This document shows, piece by piece, positions 40,411 through 50,607 of a stretch of 64,000 bases of DNA (position 1 is the stretch's first letter; every line of letters begins with the position of its first letter). The position numbers were made by a program, and so were the translations under genes. Below the pieces are notes generated by a model. That model was given only the letters and a program-made list of their open reading frames with translations. It ran no database searches and was not told the origin of the DNA. This stretch comes from Myxococcota bacterium. GTDB taxonomy: Bacteria > Myxococcota_A > Polyangia > Nannocystales > Nannocystaceae. The DNA lies in NCBI GenBank assembly GCA_039028615.1, contig JBCCHT010000017.1, forward strand, positions 162,547-226,546, given 5' to 3'.

Positions 40411-40438
40411 AAAAAGCCCGAGGCATCCACCTCGGGCT
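40411..40438 (-). terminator. Rho-independent terminator of tolB
   Basis: Minus strand AGCCCGAGG-6 nt loop-CCTCGGGCT then T run, ~22 bp after the stop. Confidence 0.82.
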
Positions 40439-40460
40439 CTTCCGCTTCAGAGCAGCGCGC

Positions 40461-41732
40461 CTAGTAAGCCCGCGGCCCCCAGTCCGGCGTGCTACCGGCC
40501 TTCATCACGGTGATCTGGTTGTTGCCGTCCTCGTTCGCCACGACGATACCGCCACGCGACGACGACCACGCCACCAGCCGCCCATCAGGCGCGTAGGAGG
40601 GATCGGTATTCCGCCCCCCACCCTGGCTGAGCCGCTTGATCTTCCCGCTCTTCACGTTGACCGCAAAGATGTCGAATCCACCGCCGGCCCGCCCGGCGTA
40701 CGTGATCCAGCTGGCCAGCTCACCCTCGCCCTGACTCCAGTCGGGGGTCTGGTTGTAGCTGCCCTTCTTGGTCACCCGCTTGGCCCCGCCACCGCCCGCG
40801 CTCATGCGATAGACCTGAGGTCCACCCGCGCGGTTGGAGACGAACGCGATCTGGTTGCCCGCGCCGCTCCAGGTGGGCGACCCGTCGATGGCGGGGTTGT
40901 TGGTCAACCGCGCCTGCACGTTGCCGCTGGTGTCGATCTTGTACAGCTCGCTGTTGCCGTCCTTGGACAGGGTCAGCGCAATGGCGCCGCCGCTGGGGCT
41001 CATCACGCCGCCCAGGTTCAGGCCGGGGTACTTGCTGACGCGGGTGGGCCCGCCGCCCGAGCTCATCCACAGGTCGGGATTGCGCTTGGCGTAGCTGGTG
41101 AACACCACCTGGCCGCCGGGGCCCAGCGAGGGAAGGATGTTGAGCGAACGGTTGCCCGTGACGCCCGAGACGTTGCCGCCGTCCATCTCCATGGTGAACA
41201 CGTTCTTGCTCACCGAGGGGTTGCGACGGGTCCGGACGAAGGCGATGCGCGACCCGAATACGCCGGGGATCCCGGTGTAGTACTTGATCACGTCATTCAT
41301 GAACATGTGGGCCGCCTTGCGGGTGTCTCCCGCGGGGAAGCCCTTGGACAGCACGGGCTTGCTGCCCTTGGCCAGATCGTAGAGCTGGAACTTGATCTGG
41401 TTGCCGACCTTGGCGTTCATGATCACCGCTTGCGCGCCGACCTTGTTCCAGGCGTCGCGATCGAAGCGGGTCGACTTGACCAACGCGGCGGGCAGCGAGC
41501 GACGGTCGATGACCTCGAAGCCAGCCGAGATGTCGGCGTCGCGACGCACGATGTTGCCCACCTCGTCACCCGCCGGTACGGCGAGACGAAGCAGCGTGAC
41601 ACCGCCCGCGCCCACATCGACGTCCTGAGCGTTTGCCTCCGATACGACAGAGACATCGTCTTGACCGGCCCAGTACGCCCCCGCAGCGAGGGTGGAGGCG
41701 ATCACCATGGTTCCAAGCAGAGTTCGGTTCAT
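40461..41732 (-). CDS. tolB: TolB-like periplasmic beta-propeller protein
   Basis: TolB N-domain, FGSRIAFV, PD40 repeats (LTLSKDGNSELY, IAFVSNRAGGPQVY); downstream of tolQRA; ATG at 41732. Confidence 0.92.
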   Translation of the reverse strand: MNRTLLGTMVIASTLAAGAYWAGQDDVSVVSEANAQDVDVGAGGVTLLRLAVPAGDEVGNIVRRDADISAGFEVIDRRSLPAALVKSTRFDRDAWNKVGAQAVIMNAKVGNQIKFQLYDLAKGSKPVLSKGFPAGDTRKAAHMFMNDVIKYYTGIPGVFGSRIAFVRTRRNPSVSKNVFTMEMDGGNVSGVTGNRSLNILPSLGPGGQVVFTSYAKRNPDLWMSSGGGPTRVSKYPGLNLGGVMSPSGGAIALTLSKDGNSELYKIDTSGNVQARLTNNPAIDGSPTWSGAGNQIAFVSNRAGGPQVYRMSAGGGGAKRVTKKGSYNQTPDWSQGEGELASWITYAGRAGGGFDIFAVNVKSGKIKRLSQGGGRNTDPSYAPDGRLVAWSSSRGGIVVANEDGNNQITVMKAGSTPDWGPRAY

Positions 41733-41995
41733 CCGTGGACCTTGTCCGTTCGACGAAAGGATAACGGCGGTGCCCGGGGAGGGAAAGGCCCCCCGCTCGA
41801 CGACCACCACGTCACGCGCGGGGGCCACCTGCGCCTCGATTGGGGCAGAGTTCCGCGGTGGGTCACCACTGGAACCTGGTCCAAATCGAGGCGGGGGAGC
41901 ACCGTTCATGCGGCATTGGGACGGATCGGGACCGCCCCGTATTGCCTTCGTTTACGTCGAAGTAACCGTGAGGGTCGCAGCCCTCGAGCCGGCTC

Positions 41996-42853
41996 TCAGC
42001 GAACTTTGCCCGCGCTCCAGTTGAAGCGGTACCGCAGCTTGGTGCAATTGCCCTTCATCTTGCTGGCGATCTTGGGCGGCGGCCGGGGGATCTTGAGCTG
42101 CTCGAGGGCGAGCCTCACCGAGCCCTGAGCATCGGAGGCCAGGGTGCCGCCCTTGCTGCGGACGGAGGTGATCCGGCCGTCCTTGCAGATGGACATCTCG
42201 AACTTGAAGTTGCCCGGCGGCGGCTTGGCCCCGAAGGCACCGACCTTCATGCCGTTGAGCGCCTTCATGACCGAGGTGGCCCAGGGATCGCCGTCCTTCT
42301 TGAGGTCGTCCCAGCCCCCCGGGTCGCCGAACGGGTCACCCTTGTCCTGCTTGACGGTGGGCAGGTCCCGCTTGTGCGGCGTGTTGGCGGTGGTGGGCAG
42401 CTTCGAGGTGGGAAGCTTCTTGTCCTTCTTGACCTTGGGCGGAGGCTTGTCGGTCTTCTTGGGCTTCTCGTCCGGCTCGGGCGGGGGCTCTTCGACCGGC
42501 ACCGCCTTCTCGTCCTCGGTGACCGTCTCGTTGACGGTGTCTTCCTCGGGACGCGTCTCCTGGACGATGATCTTCTCCGGGAGCTCTTTTTCTTCGATCT
42601 CCTGACCGAGCTTCACCAGCGTGCCCGGCTCGAAGTCGATCATGAACTCGTCGTCCTCTTCTTCGGTCTCCTCGGCGTTCGCCAGCACGCCGAAGCCGAA
42701 GTAGAGCAAACCGCAGGTGAGCAGCATGCCGCCCAGACCGCTGACGAACGCCAGCGGCTGCCGAAACAGGTCGGCGACATCCCGATAGAGCTGGCCGAAG
42801 ACGGCCGAGATCGGGTTGCCGGTACGGACCTTGACGGGGCGGGGAGCGTTCAT
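41996..42853 (-). CDS. tolA: TolA/TonB-like energy transducer
   Basis: N-terminal TM helix, acidic then Lys/Pro-rich linker, TonB_C-like C-terminal domain; between tolR and tolB. Confidence 0.7.
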   Translation of the reverse strand: MNAPRPVKVRTGNPISAVFGQLYRDVADLFRQPLAFVSGLGGMLLTCGLLYFGFGVLANAEETEEEDDEFMIDFEPGTLVKLGQEIEEKELPEKIIVQETRPEEDTVNETVTEDEKAVPVEEPPPEPDEKPKKTDKPPPKVKKDKKLPTSKLPTTANTPHKRDLPTVKQDKGDPFGDPGGWDDLKKDGDPWATSVMKALNGMKVGAFGAKPPPGNFKFEMSICKDGRITSVRSKGGTLASDAQGSVRLALEQLKIPRPPPKIASKMKGNCTKLRYRFNWSAGKVR

Positions 42854-43302
42854 TGGCGATTCATCTCCGCGATGCGCTTGAGGTTGGGGTCGGTGACGAA
42901 GCCGACTTCAGAGACCTCGGCCAGCTTCAGCGCGACCAGGATGTCGATGACGCGCGCATGGTCGACGTTCTGATCGCCCTGGATGAAAACCCGTCCGTCC
43001 TCCTGGATCTTGACGTTGTTGGCGATCTCTTCCTGCAATTTCTCGGGCTTCTCCGACAGAGGCAGAGGTCCCAAGAACGCACGACCGGTCTGATCGATTG
43101 AAATCACGGAGTAGAGGAACTCTTCTTCGGTGATTTCCTCGCCGCGCGCCGCCGGCAGCGTGACGTCTTCGCCCTCGGGCGACATCAGCGGCGTGGCGAC
43201 CATGAACATGATGAGCAGGCAGAACATCACGTCGACCAACGACGTGACGTTGATGGCCGTCATCGGCTCATCGGTCGTCAGCTCTTCGTTGATGATGCTC
43301 AT
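42850..43302 (-). CDS. tolR: TolR/ExbD family protein
   Basis: INVTSLVDVMFCLLIMFMVATP, IQGDQNV. Confidence 0.9.
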   Translation of the reverse strand: MSIINEELTTDEPMTAINVTSLVDVMFCLLIMFMVATPLMSPEGEDVTLPAARGEEITEEEFLYSVISIDQTGRAFLGPLPLSEKPEKLQEEIANNVKIQEDGRVFIQGDQNVDHARVIDILVALKLAEVSEVGFVTDPNLKRIAEMNRQ

Positions 43303-43324
43303 CGCGTAGCCCCAGCGTCCCGGC

Positions 43325-44083
43325 TTAGAAGAAGTGACGCTTCACGATATTCATGAAATCGTTGGAGAAGTTGCTCATCTCGGCGTTGAGCACCTTCAAC
43401 CGCCGCTGGAAGTAGTTGTAGGCCACGACCGCGGGGACCGCGCTGGCGAGGGCGAGCGCGGTGGTGACCAGCGCCTCGGCGATGGGCTGGCTGACCTCGC
43501 CCAGCTCGGCGCTGCCCTGGGCCGCGATGCTGAGGAAGGCTTCCATGATGCCCCACACCGTGCCGAACAGCCCGATGAAGGGCGCGGCCGAGCCGGTGGT
43601 GGCGAGGAAGGGCAGCAGGTTCTCGAGCTTGGTGTTCTCGCTCATCCGCGCGCGAGCCAGGGCCCGCTCGACGTTGTCGGAGTCGCCCGCCCGATCGTGC
43701 ATGGAAACCTGAGCCTCCATGCCCATCTGCCCCGGCTGGCCGCCGCGCGAGCGCTTGACCTTCGACAGCTCGACGTAGCCCGCCCGGAACATCGCGGCGA
43801 TGGGGCTGCGCTTGAGCTTCTCGGCGACCTGGTAGATCTCGTCGAGCCGCTTGCTCTCCCAAAAGCGGTCGAGGAAGGTGATCGACTGCCCTTGCGCCTG
43901 CGTGATGTGGAACAGCTTGAAGAAGATGACGAAGGCGCACATCGCGACCAGCAACAGCAGGATGATCACGACGACGAGGACGATGCCTTGCGACGCGGAC
44001 AGCAAGCCGATGAGGTCGACGTCGGCGAGCAACAGACCAGGCGTCGAGGAACCAACAAGGGCGGGAAATTGCGGCGCAATCAC
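43325..44083 (-). CDS. tolQ: TolQ (MotA/TolQ/ExbB) proton channel protein
   Basis: LATTGSAAPFIGLFGTVWGIM, IAEALVTTA, PAVVAYN. Confidence 0.93.
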   Translation of the reverse strand: MIAPQFPALVGSSTPGLLLADVDLIGLLSASQGIVLVVVIILLLLVAMCAFVIFFKLFHITQAQGQSITFLDRFWESKRLDEIYQVAEKLKRSPIAAMFRAGYVELSKVKRSRGGQPGQMGMEAQVSMHDRAGDSDNVERALARARMSENTKLENLLPFLATTGSAAPFIGLFGTVWGIMEAFLSIAAQGSAELGEVSQPIAEALVTTALALASAVPAVVAYNYFQRRLKVLNAEMSNFSNDFMNIVKRHFF

Positions 44084-44188
44084 GGCCTCGGCAGGCTACG
44101 TCAGGCCCCCAGAGGCGTCAATCTCGGTGCGTAGCGTGCCAAAGGGCCCGTCGCGGGCCGTGTTGGTCGAGTTACAGTGCGGTGCCCG

Positions 44189-44641
44189 ATGCCACGCATC
44201 GACCCCCGACACCTCGACCACGAGTCCCTCGCGGCGACCGTGCTCGAGGCCAAGCCGATCTTGTTCGACAAGCTGGCCGCCGCCTGTGACGTCGACGAGA
44301 CCGGCGCGCGCGCGGTCTTGACCGAGGTCCTGCGCTTTTTGAGCCTGGTCGCCACCGCCGACCAGACCCTCACCCCCAGTCCGCGGGTCGACGACGCCTG
44401 GCACGAGCTGGTCTTGTGCACGCGTCTTTACTTCCGGCTCTGCGACGAGCACTTCGGCAGCTACGTGCATCACGATCCCGGGGGCACCCGGGACGACAAC
44501 GCCCGTCAGTTCCACGAGACGATGCGTCGATACTCCTTGTTCTTTGGTGATCCCGATCCCGCCCACTGGGGCGATCGCGGTCCCCTCACCGCCTCCGCCG
44601 AATGCGGCGCGTGCGAGTCCCTGCCGTCCTCGCCGCGCTAA
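44189..44641 (+). CDS. Glycine-rich-domain-protein-like (GRDP/DUF1399-related) small protein
   Basis: EVLRFL..PSPRVDDAWHELVLCTRLY..C..VHHDP..T...Y..FG..P..W. Confidence 0.75.
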   Translation: MPRIDPRHLDHESLAATVLEAKPILFDKLAAACDVDETGARAVLTEVLRFLSLVATADQTLTPSPRVDDAWHELVLCTRLYFRLCDEHFGSYVHHDPGGTRDDNARQFHETMRRYSLFFGDPDPAHWGDRGPLTASAECGACESLPSSPR

Positions 44642-44685
44642 CACCCACCCCCACCTGCCACCCTCACCCAAGCGAGCCCTCCGCC

Positions 44686-45855
44686 ATGTACTTCAGTTCC
44701 GCGCTGTCCATCGACCCCAGCGAGATCACCAAGATCGAGAAGATCAAGCCGACCAAGGCCTTCGGCAAGCTCTTCTATTACCTGAGCGCGGGGCTGTCCG
44801 CGTCCAAGCGCGAGGTCGAGACCTTCACCGCCGTGTCCGTGCTCCAGCAGCTGAACATGGCGATGCGCTCGGTCGGCGTCGACAACATCATCCGGCTCGC
44901 GCGCGACGAGCAAGACGTCTACCTCGACACCCAAGGGCGCGAAGACGACCTGCGCGAGGCCATCGAGCACTTCGTCAAGCAGGCCGAGTCGTCCGACCAG
45001 GAGGCCAAGCCCTTCACCTTGCTCCAGCTCGTGCTCGAACACGAGGACGACCTGTTCAAGTACCTGCTCGATCTGCGGATCCGTCGAGAGCACCGCGTCG
45101 GCGACTTCCCCATCTCGATCAAGATCAACGGCGTGCTCAAGTCCCCCAGCGAGGGGGGCAACGACCCGGAGCAGATCAAGAAACAGCTCGCGCCCGTGTT
45201 CGCCAACCAAGAGGCCTACGACGGCTTCGTCAGCAAGAACCGCGAGCACTTCGAGGGCTTCGTCGAGCGCCTGCACACCGCCATGCTCGAGGCGATCGAG
45301 TGCGACGAGATCCACCGCGACTCGCACACCAACATCATTCGCCCCAAGGGCAAGAAGAAGAAGGCCAAGGACGTCGACTACGATCACGACGATCCCGATG
45401 TCGAGCCCCTGCACGCGGGCTACCCCGGCTTCGGCGACGTGTTCTTCTATACGTGGTTGTGGTCCGAGCTCAGCCACGAGCACTCGATGAACCTCAGCCA
45501 CGCCACCGTGGTCGACGAATCGGGCAGCTCGATGTTCGAGGTTGGGGCCGATGCCGTGCAAGCAGGCGAGGGCGCGGCCTTCGATCCCGACGCAGACTTC
45601 GAGGCGCCGACCGGCGGCGACGTCAGCTACCACGACGGGCACTCCTACGAGTCGGAGTTCAGCGATGCGGCGCTCATCGGCAACGACTCGAGCAGCACCG
45701 ACACCAGCAGCAGCGACTCCAGCAGTGACGGGGGCGGCTGGCTCGACTCCGTGTTCAGCGGGGACAGCGGCTCGGACTCGGGCGGCAGCAGCTGCGGCAG
45801 TAGTTGCGGGAGCAGCTGCGGCAGCAGCTGCGGTGGGTGTGGCGGCGGCGACTGA
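44686..45855 (+). CDS. Hypothetical protein with C-terminal Ser/Gly/Cys low-complexity tail
   Basis: Strong host codon usage; ends GGSSCGSSCGSSCGSSCGGCGGGD. Confidence 0.8.
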   Translation: MYFSSALSIDPSEITKIEKIKPTKAFGKLFYYLSAGLSASKREVETFTAVSVLQQLNMAMRSVGVDNIIRLARDEQDVYLDTQGREDDLREAIEHFVKQAESSDQEAKPFTLLQLVLEHEDDLFKYLLDLRIRREHRVGDFPISIKINGVLKSPSEGGNDPEQIKKQLAPVFANQEAYDGFVSKNREHFEGFVERLHTAMLEAIECDEIHRDSHTNIIRPKGKKKKAKDVDYDHDDPDVEPLHAGYPGFGDVFFYTWLWSELSHEHSMNLSHATVVDESGSSMFEVGADAVQAGEGAAFDPDADFEAPTGGDVSYHDGHSYESEFSDAALIGNDSSSTDTSSSDSSSDGGGWLDSVFSGDSGSDSGGSSCGSSCGSSCGSSCGGCGGGD

Positions 45856-45882
45856 TCGTCGGTCCTTCCCGATCCGGCTCGA

Positions 45883-46695
45883 CTAGGGTGACGTCGAGCC
45901 GGTCATGGCCCCGCGGGTCCAGTGCACGCGGGGCACCAGGGTCCGCGCGGCCCGGGCGAGGCCGCGGCGGCGGCCGAAAGCCGTGGTCGTTCGGGCGCGA
46001 TGGCGAACGACCCACAGCACGATGCCGGTCACCGCGAGCGTGGCCCCGAGGCCGAGCGCGGCTCCGCCCGCGATGTGCATGCGATCGATGCCGCCGTCGA
46101 GCGCATCGAAGCCATCGTAATCGCCCGAGTCGGCCTGGGTGCGACGGCGGGACTCGCCGAGGCCGAGCACGATGCCGCCGCCCACCATCGCCGCTCCGCC
46201 GAGCACGGTGAGGGTGAGGCCAGCCGGATCGACACGTCGTCGTCGTTTCGTGGCCACGGGCTCATCGATGGGCGGCGTGGGCTCGGGGGGGGTGACGTCG
46301 ACGATCGGGGCGGGCGCGGGCTCCTCGACGACGGTCGGTGGCGCAGCGGCGATCTGCTCGCGGCACCGCTCGATGTTCTGCTCGGCCGCGCGCTGGGCTT
46401 CGCCGCCGAGGTCCAGCGCGATGAACTGCTCGTACAGCGCAATGGCCTGTTCGCACTCACCGAGGCTTCGCATCGCCTGCGCCCATCCATACAGATCCCC
46501 GGGCGCCTCGTTTTCCCCGTAGGCGCGTTCGAAGTAGCGACCGGCCGCGTCGTAGTCTTCCCGCTCGTAGGCCTCGAGACCGGCGCGGTGGGCCTCGGCC
46601 CCGGACAGTGAAGAGGGATCGGGGTCCGGAGCGGGCGAGGGCGCCCCTGCCCCGGTGAGCCAAGCGCTCAGCAGCAACGAAGACGCCGCGCTCAT
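45883..46695 (-). CDS. TPR protein with signal peptide and C-terminal hydrophobic helices
   Basis: GLEAYEREDYDAAGRYFERAY..AQAMRSLGECEQAIALYEQFI; overlaps the kinase stop (ATGA). Confidence 0.85.
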   Translation of the reverse strand: MSAASSLLLSAWLTGAGAPSPAPDPDPSSLSGAEAHRAGLEAYEREDYDAAGRYFERAYGENEAPGDLYGWAQAMRSLGECEQAIALYEQFIALDLGGEAQRAAEQNIERCREQIAAAPPTVVEEPAPAPIVDVTPPEPTPPIDEPVATKRRRRVDPAGLTLTVLGGAAMVGGGIVLGLGESRRRTQADSGDYDGFDALDGGIDRMHIAGGAALGLGATLAVTGIVLWVVRHRARTTTAFGRRRGLARAARTLVPRVHWTRGAMTGSTSP

Positions 46696-48314
46696 TCACT
46701 CAACCCGGGAGGCATGGCGGAGTCGAGATTGATCGGCTTGGCGTCGGTGGGCTTTTTCGATCGGCGTCGGCGACTCTTCTTGGGCTTGCGCGTGCTCTTG
46801 GTGGCCGCGGGCTCGGCCGGCTCGGCGGTGACGGGCGCCGCTTCGGGCTGCACCGCTCCTGGCTCGCCCTCGGCTGCATCTGCGCCCGGTTCGGCCGCCG
46901 CGGCGACGCTCGGCTCCGACGCGGGGGACGGCGGCGGAGCGGAGGACGACGCAGGCTCGGACGCGGGCTCGGGCACCGAAGAAGACTGGTCGCCGTCTCC
47001 ATACACATACAACCCACCGAGCCCCAGCGCGGCTCCCAGCACCACCGCCCCCACGATCCGCCCCCGAGCGGGGGAGCGCGAGGTCATGAAATCGACGGTG
47101 GGGTCGTCATCGGGATCGGTGGCCGGGCTCGAGTCATGGCTCACCGCCGCATCGAGATGCCGCGTGGGTCCATCTTCGGAGACCGTGGGGGGCTCGGTCC
47201 GGTCGAGCGAGCCCCGCAGGCGCGTCACCGCGATGCTGTCGACATTCGTCATCACCCGCGCCGATGCGCCGACATCGGGCTCGACGGTGGCGGTGGCGGT
47301 GGCGGTGCCCTCGGTCGGATCGCGGGCGGCCGCCTCGAGCTTCGAGCGCTCTTCGTCGCCGAACACGTTGGCCATCAATCGCGCGACGGTCGACGCGGAT
47401 ACGGTGAGCGCGTGACATCGCGCGAACTCTTCGAGGTCGTCGCGGAGCTTGGCCGCGCTCGGGTAGCGCGTCGCCGGGTCGGGGCTGAGCGTGCGCTGCA
47501 CGATCTCGTCGAAGGCCTCGGGGCAGTCGGGCCGTAGCGCTCGAATCGACTCCACCTGCGCGTGCGCGATGCGTTGGATGAGGCCGACGTCGGTCTCCGC
47601 TCGGTGCAGGCGCTGCGAGGTCAGCATCTCCCACATGAGCGCGCCGACGGCATAGACGTCGCTGCGCCGATCGATCGCCTCCCCGCGGCACTGCTCGGGC
47701 GACATGTACGGCAGCTTGCCGCGCAGCGCCCCCGCGTCGGTCGACACCAGCCCGGTACGGGCCTTCGCCACCCCGAAGTCGGTGAGCTTGACCGCCCCCT
47801 CGAAGCCGACCAGGACATTGGACGGCGATACGTCGCGATGCACGATGCCCAGCGGCTCACCATCGAGGCCGCGCTTTTCGTGGGCATGGGCGAGCCCGGC
47901 ACACAGCGCAGAGACGATGGCCACCACCTCGTCGAGCTGCACCCGCTCGCCCCGTTCGGCCATGCGTCGCAGCACCTGCCGAAGGTCGCGACCCCGCACG
48001 TACTCCATCGAGTAGAAGTAGACGTCGTCGTCGACATCGACCTCGTAGACCGAGGCGATGTTGGGGTGGTCGAGGGTCGCGGCCAGCCGCGCCTCTTGGA
48101 TGAAGCGAGCGATGAACTCCGCGTCCTGGGCCAGGTGCGGCAGGATGCGCTTGACCACCACCTCCTTGACGAACCCACCGATTCCCGCGGTACGCCCGAG
48201 GTACAGCTGCGCCATGCCCCCCTGGCCGATGGGCTCCACGAGCGTGAACTTGCCGAGGTGGGTCGGCTCGCCGTGCCCCAAGGCGCGGCCCGACGTGGTT
48301 CCCCGGTCGCTCAC
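46692..48314 (-). CDS. Membrane Ser/Thr protein kinase
   Basis: GQGGMA, VVKR, HRDVSPSN, DFG, GKLPYMSPEQ; TM helix near the C-terminus. Confidence 0.96.
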   Translation of the reverse strand: MSDRGTTSGRALGHGEPTHLGKFTLVEPIGQGGMAQLYLGRTAGIGGFVKEVVVKRILPHLAQDAEFIARFIQEARLAATLDHPNIASVYEVDVDDDVYFYSMEYVRGRDLRQVLRRMAERGERVQLDEVVAIVSALCAGLAHAHEKRGLDGEPLGIVHRDVSPSNVLVGFEGAVKLTDFGVAKARTGLVSTDAGALRGKLPYMSPEQCRGEAIDRRSDVYAVGALMWEMLTSQRLHRAETDVGLIQRIAHAQVESIRALRPDCPEAFDEIVQRTLSPDPATRYPSAAKLRDDLEEFARCHALTVSASTVARLMANVFGDEERSKLEAAARDPTEGTATATATVEPDVGASARVMTNVDSIAVTRLRGSLDRTEPPTVSEDGPTRHLDAAVSHDSSPATDPDDDPTVDFMTSRSPARGRIVGAVVLGAALGLGGLYVYGDGDQSSSVPEPASEPASSSAPPPSPASEPSVAAAAEPGADAAEGEPGAVQPEAAPVTAEPAEPAATKSTRKPKKSRRRRSKKPTDAKPINLDSAMPPGLSE

Positions 48315-48368
48315 CGGGGGATCCTACGCGGCCGCGCCGACGCCGGGCAACAACGAGCCTTCGGTCGG

Positions 48369-48953
<585 letters not shown>

Positions 48954-49151
48954 TGCTCCACCTTAGCAGGCTGCGCACGCCATTGGGGCCGGGGCGCGAT
49001 CGCTTGACAGGGCGGAAGCCCGGTCCTACTCCAAATCGAGGGGGAAACGACGACGGCGGGGCTTCGACGACGGGCGAGCTGCCGTGCCCATGCGGCACGA
49101 GGGGTCCGGCGTGGACTCGGGCAATACACCCAGTGGGGACTGGGCGCGTCG

Positions 49152-50516
49152 ATGGGCGTCGCTCTGGCCCAAGTCCTGGCCCTTCCCGCGAGCGGCTGCC
49201 ATCGCTCGTTTCTCTGTGCCGAAAATGCGCAATGCCATCTGGGCGGCACGCACGGTCGCTGCGAAGCCACCGGGTTCTGCAGCTTTCCCGACGACGCATG
49301 CGCGTCGGGTCATCGCTACGGCGAGCACGCCAGCGCCGACCTCGCGCACCAGTGTGCCGACGCGATGGTGGCCGGCGGCACCGATTCATCCAGCGGTGCT
49401 CCATCGATAGACCAATCGATCGATGAAAGCGATGGCTCGACGGGATCGACCACGGGCGACGGCACCACGGACGACGGCACCACCACCACGGGGATCCCCA
49501 CCGACTGCCCTCCCCTGGTGGAGTCGGGCCCGCTCGTCGTGAAGGCCCACGGCGAGATGATCGAGGGGCTGCGCATCACCGCCGCGGGCGTGCCCGCCAT
49601 CTCCGTGTCCGGCTTCGACGACGTCGTCATCCGCAACTGCGAGATCCACCACGACGGGGGCCCGGGCATCAGCTTCGCCGCCGCCCATCGGCTCACCATC
49701 GAAGACGTGGTCATCGTGCACGACCGCGAAGAGCCGGGCGCGCACGAACACCGCAACCAAGCCAACATCACGGGCAGCAACTCCGAGGAGACGGTCATCG
49801 AGCGCGTTCGCGTCACCCGGGGCTCGACCGGAATCGAATTGGCCGCCACGCCCGGCGCCCGCCTGACCGACATCGAAGGGCACGACATCCGCGGGCCCGG
49901 GCCGCCCGCGAGCTTCATTCACCTGTCGGGCAGCGACGACGCGGTGATCGACGGCTTCTCGATCGTCAATCCGCTCGACACTGGTCGCCCGGGCAACCTG
50001 GTGGAGCTTCACGAGTCCTCCAACGTCACCGTGCGCAACGGCCTGCTCGACGGCCACAACGCGGAGTTCGGCTACGGCGTGGTGTTTCAGCAGACCTCGG
50101 GTCAACACGCGGGCGGCCTGGTCGAGGACGTCGACACCCTGCGCATGACCAACGGGTCCTTCTCCGGTTTTCCCGCCGCGTTCGATCTGGTGTTTCGCCG
50201 CACGCGGGCACGACAGAACATCTGCGAGATCCTCTCGGTGCCGATCGACGACTGCGACGTCGTCGGCCCCAACGGTGGCTGTGTGCCGGGCTCGAACGGG
50301 CGCTCGTGGACCAGCGCCCCGCGGCTGTCCGGGATCCTCATCGAGGACTCGGTGCACTTCGACCTGTGCCACCCGCCCGTATGGCCCGAGTCCGCCTTCG
50401 TGGGCTGCGACGGCAATCAATCGGCCGCCGAAAACGGCGACTGCGGGCTGAACGAAGAGGACTTCACGCCGCGCGCTCCCATCGCGCTCACGCCCTGCTG
50501 GGAGCGCGACCGATGA
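49152..50516 (+). CDS. Lipoprotein with Cys-rich N-domain and right-handed parallel beta-helix
   Basis: Lipobox ASGC; repeated VVIRNCEI / LTIEDVVI / VIERVRV / VTVRNGLL strands; start may lie upstream. Confidence 0.8.
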   Translation: MGVALAQVLALPASGCHRSFLCAENAQCHLGGTHGRCEATGFCSFPDDACASGHRYGEHASADLAHQCADAMVAGGTDSSSGAPSIDQSIDESDGSTGSTTGDGTTDDGTTTTGIPTDCPPLVESGPLVVKAHGEMIEGLRITAAGVPAISVSGFDDVVIRNCEIHHDGGPGISFAAAHRLTIEDVVIVHDREEPGAHEHRNQANITGSNSEETVIERVRVTRGSTGIELAATPGARLTDIEGHDIRGPGPPASFIHLSGSDDAVIDGFSIVNPLDTGRPGNLVELHESSNVTVRNGLLDGHNAEFGYGVVFQQTSGQHAGGLVEDVDTLRMTNGSFSGFPAAFDLVFRRTRARQNICEILSVPIDDCDVVGPNGGCVPGSNGRSWTSAPRLSGILIEDSVHFDLCHPPVWPESAFVGCDGNQSAAENGDCGLNEEDFTPRAPIALTPCWERDR

Positions 50517-50607
50517 CCGGGTCGGTCATCTGACCGACACAAAAAATCCCATGAGTTCGGGATCTTGGCCGATGGCCGACCCGCCCGCGCCCCTCTAGGG
50601 TGGACGC

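Noticed and set aside
39099..40513. Short ORFs across the palindromic element
   Set aside because: Mirror-image translations of the inverted arms, frameshifting repeat units, and no recognisable protein motifs.
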